Shown here piece by piece: positions 24,056 to 33,252 of a stretch of DNA of 58,646 nucleotides. The notes below the pieces were generated by a model. That model was given only the letters and a program-made list of their open reading frames with translations, was not told the DNA's origin and made no database searches. This DNA is from a virus (taxonomy: Duplodnaviria > Caudoviricetes). The stretch spans positions 1 through 58,646 of the IMG/VR virus record IMGVR_UViG_3300028873_000026; one strand, given 5' to 3'. The position numbers were made by a program, and so were the translations under genes. Position 1 is the stretch's first letter. Each line of letters begins with the position of its first letter.

Positions 24056-24978
24056 CCACCATCAGCGCCAAATCGATCCTCGCTTCGAGGCACGCCCTCG
24101 ACCACAACATCGTCGGCCACACGATCCTGTGTCGCTACCCTCGGCCTATCCATGCCGAGGTGCTGACGCACAAGGTGTTCTCTCGGAACGCAGGCTCCAG
24201 CCGTGCCCTTCCGGTAAAACGTCTGATCCAGGACGTGATCAATGATCCCTTCGTGCCTCTTTATTGGGGTGCGAACCAGAAAGGAATGCAGGCGGGCGAA
24301 GAGATCAACACCCAGGTTTGGGTGTCTGACCAGATACAGCCTAAACGCAGTCGTACTCGCAGCCTCACCCGTGAACAAGCCTGGGAACGGGCTATGTGGC
24401 TTGCCATCGATATGGCTGAAGCCTTCGATGCGGCCGGCTACCACAAGCAGATCGTGAACAGGCTTTTGGAGCCCTTCAGCCACATCACCGTGCTGATCAC
24501 GAGCACCCAATGGTCGAACTTCCTGGCTCTTAGGGACCATCCGGACGCCGAACCGCATATCCAGATTCTCGCTCGCGAGATCCGAAAAGCGATCGAAGGC
24601 GCTGATGTTCGAACTCTTCAGCCCGGTCAGTGGCATCTGCCATTTATCACAGATGAGGATCGTGCCGACCTTGCCGGGTTCTACAATCCAGACGAGGAAG
24701 CCTATCAAGAAGGTCTAAGAAAGCTCTCTGTCGCTCGATGTGCGTCGACCTCGTACAAAACCGTCGAGGGCTTCGACATGACTTTGGAGAGGGCCTTGGC
24801 GATCTACGACAAGCTCCGGACGGCCGACATCCTTCATGCTTCGCCGTTCGAGCATCAGTTCCAAATGGACGAGCCCGGCTCAGGTTTTCACGGTAAGTGG
24901 CTGAATGAACACCTGGGTGGAAACCTTGGCCCTGGGGTTATCCAACTTAGGAAGACACTCCCGAACGAGTGCCTCTAG
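24052..24978 (+). CDS. thyX: FAD-dependent thymidylate synthase
   Basis: THKVFSRNAGSSRA, NRLLEPF, HASPFEH. Confidence 0.9.
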   Translation: MTTISAKSILASRHALDHNIVGHTILCRYPRPIHAEVLTHKVFSRNAGSSRALPVKRLIQDVINDPFVPLYWGANQKGMQAGEEINTQVWVSDQIQPKRSRTRSLTREQAWERAMWLAIDMAEAFDAAGYHKQIVNRLLEPFSHITVLITSTQWSNFLALRDHPDAEPHIQILAREIRKAIEGADVRTLQPGQWHLPFITDEDRADLAGFYNPDEEAYQEGLRKLSVARCASTSYKTVEGFDMTLERALAIYDKLRTADILHASPFEHQFQMDEPGSGFHGKWLNEHLGGNLGPGVIQLRKTLPNECL

Positions 24979-24989
24979 GTTCCTTTAAT

Positions 24990-25018
24990 TTGACCTGATT
25001 CGCTTCTTGTTTCATGAT
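24990..25018 (+). promoter_or_regulatory. Sigma70-type promoter for xis-int
   Basis: TTGACC-N17-CATGAT upstream of ATG 25053. Confidence 0.55.
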
Positions 25019-25052
25019 TCCTTTTAGAGGATAAAATTGTGGAACAAGGTCG

Positions 25053-25442
25053 ATGAGCGTGCGAGTTCCGATTGACGAGATCGCAGAAAGGCTGTGTGTC
25101 AGCCGGCGTGCTATCTACAATATGGCTGCTCTGGGGGACATCCCTGGAGCGGCCAAGTTCGGAAGGCACTGGACATTCGACAAAGCGAAGTTCGAGCGCT
25201 GGATCCTCGACCGTGAGAAATTATGCCACGAGCAGGGACTTCTTCGAAGGGCGATGAGAAAAACCTCTACCAGCGAAATGGCGTCTGGTGGCTCAAAGCG
25301 TATATCGACAATGTCGAGTACCGAGAAAGTCTTAGAACGAACAATCTCCGAGATGCTCGGCAAAGACGGGACAAGCGGATCAAGGCGCTCCAGGACGCCG
25401 CACGCTTCAACATCCACCAACACACATGGGATGAGGCGGTAG
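25053..25442 (+). CDS. xis: Excisionase-like HTH protein
   Basis: IDEIAERLCVSRRAIYNMAALGDIPGAAKFGRHWTF; overlaps the integrase gene. Confidence 0.8.
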   Translation: MSVRVPIDEIAERLCVSRRAIYNMAALGDIPGAAKFGRHWTFDKAKFERWILDREKLCHEQGLLRRAMRKTSTSEMASGGSKRISTMSSTEKVLERTISEMLGKDGTSGSRRSRTPHASTSTNTHGMRR

Positions 25443-26272
25443 CCTCATGGTGGGCTCACGCCAAAGCTGACCTCAGTCCCCAGACGGCCAAACGGTATGG
25501 CGTCAGCTTCAAGCAGTGCTTACCCTTCCTGCAAGGCAAAGACATAGAGGCCATCGACGGCTCGACGATCAGCGCCATAATGGCTTCCCGTAGAGCTGCT
25601 GGCGTCAAGCCGGCCACGATTCGCAGAGACCTGACGGCGATCTCCCGTGTCCTAGAATTCGCCGAGGGCGAGGGCTGGCGAGAGGGCAATCCCACACTCA
25701 GCAAGCGACGAACGATCAAAGAGCGCCGAGATCCGATCGTGCTTCCCAAACCCGATGAGGTCGAGGAAATGATCGAGGCTTGCTCCTCCCATTTTGCCTC
25801 CCTGGTTCGCGGAGCCTGGTACACTGGCTGTCGTCAAGGAGAGCTGGTCAATGCCAAGTGGCGAGACTTCAACGAAGCCGCTGGGACACTCGAAGTCACT
25901 GGCAAGGGCAACAAGCGAAGGGTCTTCACCCTCTCGGATCGAGCCCTGGAGCTCTTCAAGAGCCAGAAAGCCAAGAGGCTCTCAGCCACCCATCCGATTT
26001 TTCCCGCTGAAAGTGGAGAAGCGTTTGCCGAAGCGGCGTCCGACTACACACACTTTAGGCGTAGAAAGCTTCTCGATGCAGAGAAGGCCGGACAGTCGTT
26101 TCGACGCTTCCGTTTTCACGATTTGCGTCATCTATTCGCCGTGGAGTATCTACGGGGAGAGAGAGCCAGCATCTATCGGCTCTCAAAAACCCTCGGTCAT
26201 ACGAGCGTCAAGACAACGGAGATCTATCTCGAGTTCCTGACCCCGGAGGAAGCCGAAAGGGTCAAGGAGTGA
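25223..26272 (+). CDS. int: Tyrosine integrase
   Basis: TGCRQGEL, GKGNK, FHDLRH, LGHTSVKTTEIY catalytic set; N-terminal arm-binding-like domain. Confidence 0.95.
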   Translation: MPRAGTSSKGDEKNLYQRNGVWWLKAYIDNVEYRESLRTNNLRDARQRRDKRIKALQDAARFNIHQHTWDEAVASWWAHAKADLSPQTAKRYGVSFKQCLPFLQGKDIEAIDGSTISAIMASRRAAGVKPATIRRDLTAISRVLEFAEGEGWREGNPTLSKRRTIKERRDPIVLPKPDEVEEMIEACSSHFASLVRGAWYTGCRQGELVNAKWRDFNEAAGTLEVTGKGNKRRVFTLSDRALELFKSQKAKRLSATHPIFPAESGEAFAEAASDYTHFRRRKLLDAEKAGQSFRRFRFHDLRHLFAVEYLRGERASIYRLSKTLGHTSVKTTEIYLEFLTPEEAERVKE

Positions 26273-26275
26273 GAG

Positions 26276-26530
26276 CAGCACAAGAACCAGCACAATCATA
26301 CGGCTTCAGCAGGTATGTTATAGGACTAAGTAGCTGAAGTCATTGAGTTAGGAAGGATGGCCGAGTGGTTTAAGGCAGCGGTCTTGAAAACCCATTCCGG
26401 CTTCTTCCAACAAAATTTAAGAAATCCGATTTTAGTAATCATTTCAATGCGCTACCTACAAGATATACTGCGCATTTAGGGTCCTGTCAGACTCCTTTAA
26501 GGTACACAAACCAGCACAGCAAACAGCACA
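26276..26530 (+). mobile_element. attP site with arm-type repeats
   Basis: CAGCACA pairs at 26276/26288 and 26512/26524 (12-bp period on both sides) flanking a tRNA fragment; AT-rich; directly after int. Confidence 0.85.
26351..26392 (+). pseudogene. 5' half of tRNA-Ser(UGA), attP core
   Basis: GGAAGGATGGCCGAGTGGTTTAAGGCAGCGGTCTTGAAAACC; similarity stops in the 3' anticodon stem; no T-arm. Confidence 0.9.
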
Positions 26531-26656
26531 ATTTGTTCCCTCTATGTTTTCTTAGGGGAACGGATTCGCGCTGGTTTTCGCTTGTCATTTGTTTTCTGAC
26601 TAGCAGAAACAACGAATGACTATTAGTTCTCCAAAACTGAACCAAGGAACGAAACC

Positions 26657-29158
26657 ATGCAGGTCACTCACGCTGCCGACCACATCACCCACGCAGTCAT
26701 CGGAGGCGCCAAGACCATCGAGTTCGGGATCTCCAACGACGCAGCGTTCTTTCAGATCCTGAGCAGCTCGCTCTATTCGAACCAGCGCCTGGCTGTCGCT
26801 CGTGAGGTGCTCTGCAACGCCTGGGATGCTCATATCCGGGCCGGAATCACCGATCGACCGGTCAAAGTCGAGGTCACCGACGAGAAGATCGTCGTCCGGG
26901 ACTACGCTTTCGGCATTGCTCCCGACATGATGGGGCCTCTCTACGGCACCTATGGCGGCTCCGACAAGAAGAACAACGGCACGGAAACGGGCGGTTTCGG
27001 TCTGGGCTGCAAGAGCCCCTTCGCCTACGGCGATCACTTCGAGGTCGTCTCGTACCACTGCGGGACGAAGACGATCTACAACCTCTCGAAGAGCTCGGCC
27101 GACAAGTTCGGCAAGCCAGGCATCACCCCGATTGTCTCCATTCCCACGCAGGAAACGGGCCTTCAGGTCACCATTCCTCTGAAGACCCGCGGTGATCGTG
27201 GAGTCTTCGAACATCACTTCAGCAGTGTCGCCTTCAACGGCGAGATGAACGTGCTGATCAACGGCCAGCAGGCGCCCAACATCCCGCTCTCCAAGGCCCA
27301 GGGCAACTGGCTGCTCGCCACAGAAGGCATCGGAGACCTTCATGGGATCCGGATCTATGTGCGCTATGGCAACGTCATCTATCCCGTGCCCCAGCATGAA
27401 GAGATTCGTTCGCTCTATGGGCAAGTCATCTCCTTCCTGAACTTGTTTTCAGGGCGGTATGAAGCTGAGGCCTACAAGATCGTGTTCCAGGCGAAGCCGG
27501 ACACAATCTCGGTCACCCCATCTCGTGAGTCCCTGTCCATGCAGGAACACACGATCAAAGCGATCCGAGAGATCTTTCAGGATTTCTTGAGTGAACAGCT
27601 CAGCGTTCAGATCGCCAAAGAGGCTGAAGGACTTCTGCTGACCCAGATCGAGTACGCCAAGGAGCAGCGTCTCATCGGTGAACTGATGTCTCCGTTGAAG
27701 AACCTGCCCGGTCTGAAGAACAAACAGACCGACGACATCAAGTTCCTCGGCAATATCCAGGATCTGACGGCGCAATACACCCGTCGAAACTATCCGGGAA
27801 CGAGCAGTTTCTATCGGAAGGACATGGGACTTCGGATCGATACCGCTATCGAGCTCGGAGTGGGTGATCGTGGCACGCTGAACCAAGTGAAGCACCGCCT
27901 CACCACAGATCTCCCCAAAAAGAGGCCTGTTCGGGTGGATGCCAAAGGTCATCCGCACTACATCGCTCCGCTCAGTGCCCATTCCTGGTTCAAAAAGCGA
28001 GTTCTTCGTCCCCTTTATCGGGACTTAGAGGCCAGTCCAGTGATGGATCGGCAGAGACTCTACATTGGGGATGAGAATTCCTATGTAGTGGGCCACCTCG
28101 CTCCGCCTCACAGCTTGCGCTACAAAGAATATGGAGACTATCTCTCCATTCTGCGCAAGGTTGTGGTGCTCACTTATGCCAAGAAGGACATTTGGCATAA
28201 GGTCCGGTATGACCGAGAAGTGCTGACCCACGGTTCATCCAGTGGTGTCTGGCTCTACCACGCTCCTCTTTCGAGGACGAAGATCAATGAGATCCGAAAG
28301 TTCTTCACTGATCGGAACTTCATCGTGGTCGACTGGACCTCGGAAGTTAACTGGGCAAAGCATAAGACCTACAAAGCTCCAGTCGTTACCGATGAAGTTC
28401 GGCTTCCCAAGCCCAAGCTTGAAGGTTTCCCTGCTCTCAACGGCGTTCATGTGCCGAACAGGCAGACTCGGGTCGACAACTGCTTCCGAGAAGGTGCTCC
28501 TCGGGTAGACAATCCTCTCTTTTATATTCGAGTGATCTACTCGAAGGCAGAGATCCGGGGGTTCGACCTCAATCAGTTCGAGACAAGTGCAGCGAACATC
28601 ATCGTCAAGCTCTTCGGAGATGTGTGCGCTGTTGTTCGAACTGAACCTCAAGAGAAGAAATTCAAGGAACAAGGTCTAATGGAGCTCACTGACTATGTGG
28701 TGAACTACGTCTGCAACGAAGTCACCACGTCTCCGTCGCTCCAGGCCTATTGGCCTGAGTGCGTCAATCGAGACGTCATCAACAAATCAAACGGCACAGT
28801 AGCAAATCAGTTGCTGTCGGCTCTATTCGACATCGAAGAAGTACGAGCAGCTTTTGGGCTCAAGTCTGTCCTGAACAGCCATGATCTGATGGTGCTTTCG
28901 CTTTGGCGTTATCTTGTAGAGACGGGTGTCTACAGCCACAAAATAAAGGATAACCCTGCGTTTATTGCGGCTGAACGTCATGTAAAGTCTCAGCCGTTTT
29001 CGAGGATCATCACTGATACTCGAAATAACGCCAATTCGAACGCTTTCGTCGATTTGCTGAACTTCACAAAGCTTCAGCAGATCCTGCGGAACCCGTCCGC
29101 AAAGGCTGACGGCAGTCTCGATCGGATTGCCAAGCTCACACATGCCCTTCTGGGCTGA
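26657..29158 (+). CDS. rIIA: rIIA-like protein
   Basis: GHKL motifs REVLCNAWDAH, VRDYAFGI, GGFGLGCKSPF. Confidence 0.9.
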   Translation: MQVTHAADHITHAVIGGAKTIEFGISNDAAFFQILSSSLYSNQRLAVAREVLCNAWDAHIRAGITDRPVKVEVTDEKIVVRDYAFGIAPDMMGPLYGTYGGSDKKNNGTETGGFGLGCKSPFAYGDHFEVVSYHCGTKTIYNLSKSSADKFGKPGITPIVSIPTQETGLQVTIPLKTRGDRGVFEHHFSSVAFNGEMNVLINGQQAPNIPLSKAQGNWLLATEGIGDLHGIRIYVRYGNVIYPVPQHEEIRSLYGQVISFLNLFSGRYEAEAYKIVFQAKPDTISVTPSRESLSMQEHTIKAIREIFQDFLSEQLSVQIAKEAEGLLLTQIEYAKEQRLIGELMSPLKNLPGLKNKQTDDIKFLGNIQDLTAQYTRRNYPGTSSFYRKDMGLRIDTAIELGVGDRGTLNQVKHRLTTDLPKKRPVRVDAKGHPHYIAPLSAHSWFKKRVLRPLYRDLEASPVMDRQRLYIGDENSYVVGHLAPPHSLRYKEYGDYLSILRKVVVLTYAKKDIWHKVRYDREVLTHGSSSGVWLYHAPLSRTKINEIRKFFTDRNFIVVDWTSEVNWAKHKTYKAPVVTDEVRLPKPKLEGFPALNGVHVPNRQTRVDNCFREGAPRVDNPLFYIRVIYSKAEIRGFDLNQFETSAANIIVKLFGDVCAVVRTEPQEKKFKEQGLMELTDYVVNYVCNEVTTSPSLQAYWPECVNRDVINKSNGTVANQLLSALFDIEEVRAAFGLKSVLNSHDLMVLSLWRYLVETGVYSHKIKDNPAFIAAERHVKSQPFSRIITDTRNNANSNAFVDLLNFTKLQQILRNPSAKADGSLDRIAKLTHALLG

Positions 29159-29168
29159 AGGACCCTCA

Positions 29169-30785
29169 ATGGAACTGAAAACCAACATCATCAGGGTGAT
29201 TGCTGCTGTCGTCGATCAGCAGCAGCTCACTCTATATAAGGAGACGGGTGAGACCGTGGTCATCCTCCAGGGTGACCCTCGGCTCGCCACGATCATCAAG
29301 ACGATCACGCCTGTGCTGGCTACCGGCAATGGCGCTATCGCTGAAGTGGACATCGGCACCGGCAAGCTCGAAAACCCCTATTCGGAGTTCGAGAACCTGT
29401 TCGGCAAGGCGATCCAGTTCTTCAAGCTGGATCGTGGCAAGCTCGCTGGCCTCCTGAACACAGCTGTCGCCGTGATCAGCGAAGCTCTGGCCGAGCCTTT
29501 GCCTGCGGCGGCAAGTGTCGCCATGCCCATGAGCCTGGGCCAGGTGCCCAAGGTCGGAAGCGGGTATCCGCTCAATCCTGGGCATTCGATCTTTGCCGAG
29601 CGGACGCCTGTCCATCAGCCTCTCGTGGTCGAAGAAGACGACCAGGAAGAGAACGAAGCGTCAACAAAGGCAGCACATCTCCTCAAAGTTACTGAGGAGA
29701 TCATCGCCCATGCGCAGCCGGTCAGTCATCCGGAGTTCGACGACAAGGACGTCGGAAGCAACAATACCATCGTGGCTGTCGTGGGCGGCAAGGTCGTCGG
29801 CGACATCGAGAAGCTCAAGCCGCAGATCGCCAGAGCTGTGCAGACCAACTCGGCCAAGGGGCTTCAGAGCTTCATGACCCGAGTGGCGGCCGTCGCCGAC
29901 AAACGTCGGCACTCGGTCGAGGATCTGCTGAAGTTCCTCGAACGGGGGGATCTCCCGATCGCCGAGGATGGCTCGATCATCATCTACAAGGTGCTGAGGT
30001 TCAAGGATCAAACCAAGGGCACCTACGTGGATTGTCACAGCGGCAAAGTGACTCAGCGTGTCGGCTCCTACGTCACCATGAATGAGGCTATGGTCGATCC
30101 GAACCGCAGGAACGAGTGCTCCTATGGCCTCCATGTCGCTCGTCGAGCCTACGTCGGCGGCTTCAGTGGAGACGTCTGCGTTCTGGCGAAGGTCCATCCG
30201 GAGGATGTGATCGCCGTCCCGGACCACGACGCCAACAAGATGAGGGTGTGCGGCTACCACATTCTCTTTGAGTTGTCGGACGAAGCTTTCCAAAAGCTCA
30301 AATACAACAAGCCGTTCACCGACAATGGGGAAGCTCAGCTCCTCCTGGGTCGAGCTCTCGCCGGCGACCACGATCAGCCGATCGAGGTCGTCAAGATCAC
30401 TGGCCAGAAGGGCGAAGGCGTCCAGATCTTGCCTGTGATCGAGGGCAAGCTGTCCAAGAAAGCGATCCCGGCTCAGCCTGCGACCAAGGCCGAGGTCAAA
30501 CCGACCGAGGCTCTGGCGGACGAGACCAGCGGTATCGATCTCAGCGCTCCCAAGGTCGATCCGAAGAAGGTGAACGCCGAGGTCAAGGCCGCCAAAGCGG
30601 AGGCCGAATCACGTCGGGACAAAGCCCAGCGCCTCTACAAAGCCTTCAAGACTACCAGAAATGGTAATGGACAAAAGGCTGCGGCTCAAGAACTCGCCGA
30701 GCACAAGAAGGCAACGAAGCTCGGATGGGAAGCTTTGGGTATCCCAGAGTCAGCTGTGAAAGCGATTCTCCAGCAGCTGAGCTAA
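29169..30785 (+). CDS. rIIB: rIIB-like protein
   Basis: DLPIAEDG, DCHSG, ECSYGLHV, KVHPEDVIAVP, KMRVCGY. Confidence 0.9.
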   Translation: MELKTNIIRVIAAVVDQQQLTLYKETGETVVILQGDPRLATIIKTITPVLATGNGAIAEVDIGTGKLENPYSEFENLFGKAIQFFKLDRGKLAGLLNTAVAVISEALAEPLPAAASVAMPMSLGQVPKVGSGYPLNPGHSIFAERTPVHQPLVVEEDDQEENEASTKAAHLLKVTEEIIAHAQPVSHPEFDDKDVGSNNTIVAVVGGKVVGDIEKLKPQIARAVQTNSAKGLQSFMTRVAAVADKRRHSVEDLLKFLERGDLPIAEDGSIIIYKVLRFKDQTKGTYVDCHSGKVTQRVGSYVTMNEAMVDPNRRNECSYGLHVARRAYVGGFSGDVCVLAKVHPEDVIAVPDHDANKMRVCGYHILFELSDEAFQKLKYNKPFTDNGEAQLLLGRALAGDHDQPIEVVKITGQKGEGVQILPVIEGKLSKKAIPAQPATKAEVKPTEALADETSGIDLSAPKVDPKKVNAEVKAAKAEAESRRDKAQRLYKAFKTTRNGNGQKAAAQELAEHKKATKLGWEALGIPESAVKAILQQLS

Positions 30786-30834
30786 AACATATATCGATTA
30801 CGACAAGTTCGTGACGAATTGGAGGACAGATGAG

Positions 30835-30864
30835 AGGGGAACTGCAAAAAACAGTTCCCCTTTC
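30835..30864 (+). terminator. Terminator hairpin after rIIB
   Basis: GGGGAACTG/CAGTTCCCC followed by TTT. Confidence 0.7.
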
Positions 30865-30923
30865 ATAAGATAGAGCTATAACTCAGGAATCGTATACAAG
30901 CCGACCAACGAGGTCATTTCAGT

Positions 30924-31301
30924 ATGTCAACAGTGTTTCGTCGCAATCGTAAGGGCTCTGATCGCGACATCACGCGACTGAACAGTCTTGGGTTCTCACT
31001 CTCAGCGATCGGGACGCGACTTAAGTGTCACCCTACTTCGGTTACGCTGCGTTTGAAGTCTCTCGGGATCACTCCCGCTGACACTCGACGTGCTTTCATG
31101 GAAGAAATTCTTGAAAGTCTGCCTTTGAACTTTCAAGAAAGCATCGCCGACTACCTTGAAGCCGGCCATATCTCTTCGATCAAAGCTTATGTTCGTGAAC
31201 TGATCACGGCTGACGTCGCTCTGCGGCATATTCCGGCGCCTGTTGAAGACATTACGAGCACTGAAGTAGTGCCGACTATGCCTACCGAAGTCGCCGCCTA
31301 A
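30924..31301 (+). CDS. HTH-like protein (N4 gp36 position)
   Basis: LNSLGFSLSAIGTRLKCHPTSVTLRL, PADTRRAFME. Confidence 0.75.
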   Translation: MSTVFRRNRKGSDRDITRLNSLGFSLSAIGTRLKCHPTSVTLRLKSLGITPADTRRAFMEEILESLPLNFQESIADYLEAGHISSIKAYVRELITADVALRHIPAPVEDITSTEVVPTMPTEVAA

Positions 31302-31363
31302 ACTACGCTCATCGAGTTCTCGGGGGTGTAGCTCATCCTTCACCCCCGTAACCATGACGAATG

Positions 31364-31387
31364 ACCCTCCTTTTGGAGGGTTTTTTG
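31364..31387 (+). terminator. Rho-independent terminator
   Basis: ACCCTCC-TTTT-GGAGGGT-TTTTT. Confidence 0.75.
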
Positions 31388-31399
31388 TTGGAGAATTCA

Positions 31400-32719
31400 A
31401 TGCTCGATGTAGTGCAAACGCCTAAGCTGAACCAAGGACAGCAAGAAGCCGCCGATGGCTTCTTTCAATTTCTATTCAATACGGAAAAAGAGATCATCAT
31501 CAGCGGCCCAGGAGGAGTGGGAAAAACCTTCCTGATGGGGCATCTGATCGACCGGGTAATGCCGGAATATTTCAAGTCCTGCCGAATGATGGGGATCGCT
31601 CCGGAATTCGACTCCGTGGTGATGACGGCGACTACGAACAAAGCCTCTGAAGTCCTGGGCCTGGCCTCGAAGCGTCCCACCGAGACGATCCATTCGTTCC
31701 TGAACCTCAAGGTCACGGACGATTATTCGACCGGTCGATCGAAGCTCACCAAAACAGGCGCTTGGACGGTTCACGAACGCAAAATCATCTTCGTGGATGA
31801 AGCCTACATGATCGACACGGCGCTCTTGGCCCTGCTGCGGGAGGGAACCCACGCCTGCAAGATCGTCTTCGTCGGCGATCATTGCCAGCTGGCTCCAGTG
31901 ATGGAGGCCGTAAGCCCGATCCATCGAGCAGGCCTCACGTTCTTCGAGCTCACCGAGAGCGTCCGCAATGCCGGTCAGCCGGCCCTCATGGCGGTCTGCC
32001 AGCAGCTTCGGAACTCTGTCGAGACTGGAGTCTTCCAGCCTATCCAAATCGTGCCCGGCGTTATCGATCTGGCCGACGACGGAGAGATGGAAACTCTCAT
32101 CGCAGACACGTTCAAAACCCAGACCCGAGAGGCTCGGATCCTGGCTTACACGAACAAGCGGGTGGTCCTTTATAACGATCACGTCCGCGACATCCGGAAC
32201 CTGGCGACTGAGTACGGGCTCAACGAATTCCTCGTTAACAACCAAGCGATTCGTTTGGGCAATACCATGCTTTCCGTCGAGGAGGAGGTGGAAATTGTCG
32301 CCCAGGCCGACGAAACGCAGCAGATGGTCGTCGGAAAGTACGATAATTCCGACATCGAGCTTGAGGTGAGAACCTCAACGCTGCGGTCGAGACTCGGAAA
32401 CTTATACACGAACGTGCCTCTGCCGGTTGATCGAGATCATCACGCCTCGCTGCTTCGCTACTTCAGCCAGCGCAAGGAGTGGGACCGCTATTTCAACCTG
32501 CGAAACAGGGTGCCCGATCTCCGTCCTCGTGACGCAGCCACGGTTCACAAGGCGCAAGGCTCAACTCATGACGTCGTCTTCATCGACGTAGGCGACATCA
32601 GCGGCTGTCACCAGCCGCAGACGGCGGCTCGGCTTCTCTACGTGGCTTTTACGAGGGCACGAAACCGAGTGATTCTTTACGGTGACCTCGCTCAGCGATA
32701 CGGCGGCCTAACTCACTGA
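31400..32719 (+). CDS. SF1B (Dda/RecD-like) DNA helicase
   Basis: GPGGVGKT, VDEA, GDHCQLAPV, TVHKAQGST, YVAFTRAR. Confidence 0.95.
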   Translation: MLDVVQTPKLNQGQQEAADGFFQFLFNTEKEIIISGPGGVGKTFLMGHLIDRVMPEYFKSCRMMGIAPEFDSVVMTATTNKASEVLGLASKRPTETIHSFLNLKVTDDYSTGRSKLTKTGAWTVHERKIIFVDEAYMIDTALLALLREGTHACKIVFVGDHCQLAPVMEAVSPIHRAGLTFFELTESVRNAGQPALMAVCQQLRNSVETGVFQPIQIVPGVIDLADDGEMETLIADTFKTQTREARILAYTNKRVVLYNDHVRDIRNLATEYGLNEFLVNNQAIRLGNTMLSVEEEVEIVAQADETQQMVVGKYDNSDIELEVRTSTLRSRLGNLYTNVPLPVDRDHHASLLRYFSQRKEWDRYFNLRNRVPDLRPRDAATVHKAQGSTHDVVFIDVGDISGCHQPQTAARLLYVAFTRARNRVILYGDLAQRYGGLTH

Positions 32720-32732
32720 AAGGGGGTTCGCT

Positions 32733-33236
32733 ATGAAGGTGAACCCACTGATCAATGAACTCGCCACGAAGCTATTCGAACCGGAAGTTCGAAGGCTTCT
32801 GGCGATGATCACCACACTCAATGCCGACAACAAGAAGCTGAAGGACCTCAAAGTCGATGGCTTCTTGTACGGAGGGCAGTTCTATATGCCCTCCGGCGTC
32901 TCGACCGTGGTCTTAGCAGCCGGTCAAGCCAAGGCGACTCTCCACTTCTCGCTGAATAGCGCCATGGAGAGATGGCTCAAGGACCGGAAGACCATCCAGG
33001 ACGACAGGGATCTGATCAAGCAGATGCTTTTTCTGATCCTCAAGCCCTGTGAGTCCGAACAGGACATCCGGGATGCGCTTCCAGAGTGCTTGGTGAGTCT
33101 GGACCCCACACTCAGTCAATATGAACGATCGAACGATCACGCTTACACCATCTCGCATGATGTAAGGGCGATGCGACAGTTCGAGAAATTCCTGCCGAAG
33201 ATGATGCTCTACAGCGCCACAAGGCTGCTGTACTGA
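32733..33236 (+). CDS. N4 gp38-like protein
   Basis: Between helicase and polymerase; DIRDALPECL. Confidence 0.75.
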   Translation: MKVNPLINELATKLFEPEVRRLLAMITTLNADNKKLKDLKVDGFLYGGQFYMPSGVSTVVLAAGQAKATLHFSLNSAMERWLKDRKTIQDDRDLIKQMLFLILKPCESEQDIRDALPECLVSLDPTLSQYERSNDHAYTISHDVRAMRQFEKFLPKMMLYSATRLLY

Positions 33237-33252
33237 ACCAAGGAAGCCCTCA

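Noticed and set aside
26351-26440. Functional tRNA-Ser gene
   Set aside because: No variable arm, T-arm or 3' acceptor strand; treated as attP core.
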